Source: Isurus oxyrinchus (lineage: Eukaryota). Taken from it: a stretch of DNA of 64,000 bases. Of this stretch, positions 63,451-64,000 are shown in pieces. Both the position numbers and the translations under genes were made by a program. Within the stretch, counting starts at the first letter, position 1; the number at the start of each line of letters is the position of its first letter. The DNA is taken from contig JANJGN010000011.1 of NCBI GenBank assembly GCA_026770705.1, forward strand, positions 146,630,001 through 146,694,000. Reading direction: 5' to 3'. The notes below the pieces were generated by a model. It did not search any database. It had not been told where the DNA came from and worked only from the letters and a program-made list of their open reading frames with translations.

Positions 63451-64000
63451 ATGCCGCTGTTTGGAAGAATTGGCCCATATGATGCTAATATTGAAGATTG
63501 GAGCCAGTATGTTGAGTGCCTCAGGTTTTACTTTGTAGCAAATGAAATAACTGCCAAAGAAAAACAGAAAATGATCCTATTAAGTGTATGTGACAGTAAA
63601 GCATCTAGCTTGATTCACATCTTCACTGCTCCAAGCGCACCCAGTTCCAAGTCACATAGCGAATTAGTGAGCCTAGTGAAAACACACTTCCAGCCGAAGC
63701 CGTACATGATAATACAGCGCTTTAAATTCAATTCAAGAGTTCTGGCCTCTGGGGGAGTCCACGTAGTGAGCCTCAAGCAGTTTACAGAACGCTGTGACTT
63801 AGGAGATGTTTTAAACGATATGCTGCGGGACTGATTGGTATGTGGAGTCAACTACGATGCCATTCAGCACCGATTGTTTGCCAAGGTTGATATCGATTTG
63901 AAACATGCCCTAGAAATCTCCCTTGCCATGGAAAGTACTGCAAGAGACTCACAGGTTTTGCAACACACGGATAATGACGCCATACTTCATGTTGGGCGAA
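63451..64000 (+). pseudogene. Gypsy (Mag-like) gag with premature stop, runs off the window
   Basis: MPLFGRIGPYD...WSQYVE...YFVAN...LKQFTERCDLGDVLNDMLRD*LVCGV; the TGA at 63832 is consistent with a CGA>TGA change in RDRLVCG. Confidence 0.85.

Overview
Vertebrate genomic DNA, almost certainly from a cartilaginous fish (shark-type SINE, CR1 and Penelope repeats). It contains two + strand genes in the same order and orientation as in human: the large last coding exon and 3'UTR of OBI1/RNF219 (4813-6325), and the complete two-exon POU4F1/Brn3a gene (30331-30453 + 30746-31801, 392 aa). POU4F1 lies in a ~22 kb CpG-retaining, repeat-poor domain with candidate regulatory sites: POU4F-type autoregulatory clusters, two RE1/REST sites and a CTCF motif. 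The flanks hold nested, decayed transposons: CR1, RTE, L2, Deu-type SINEs, a POGK-like pogo element, the 5' end of a Gypsy LTR element and Penelope-derived fragments with hammerhead-like motifs. The most unusual feature is a family of ~650-700 bp non-autonomous TIR elements (five copies, 3-bp TSDs, Harbinger-like). Their interior is a chain of about 12 stem-loops with compensatory base changes between copies. All calls were made by eye, and repeat boundaries are approximate unless a TSD is given.
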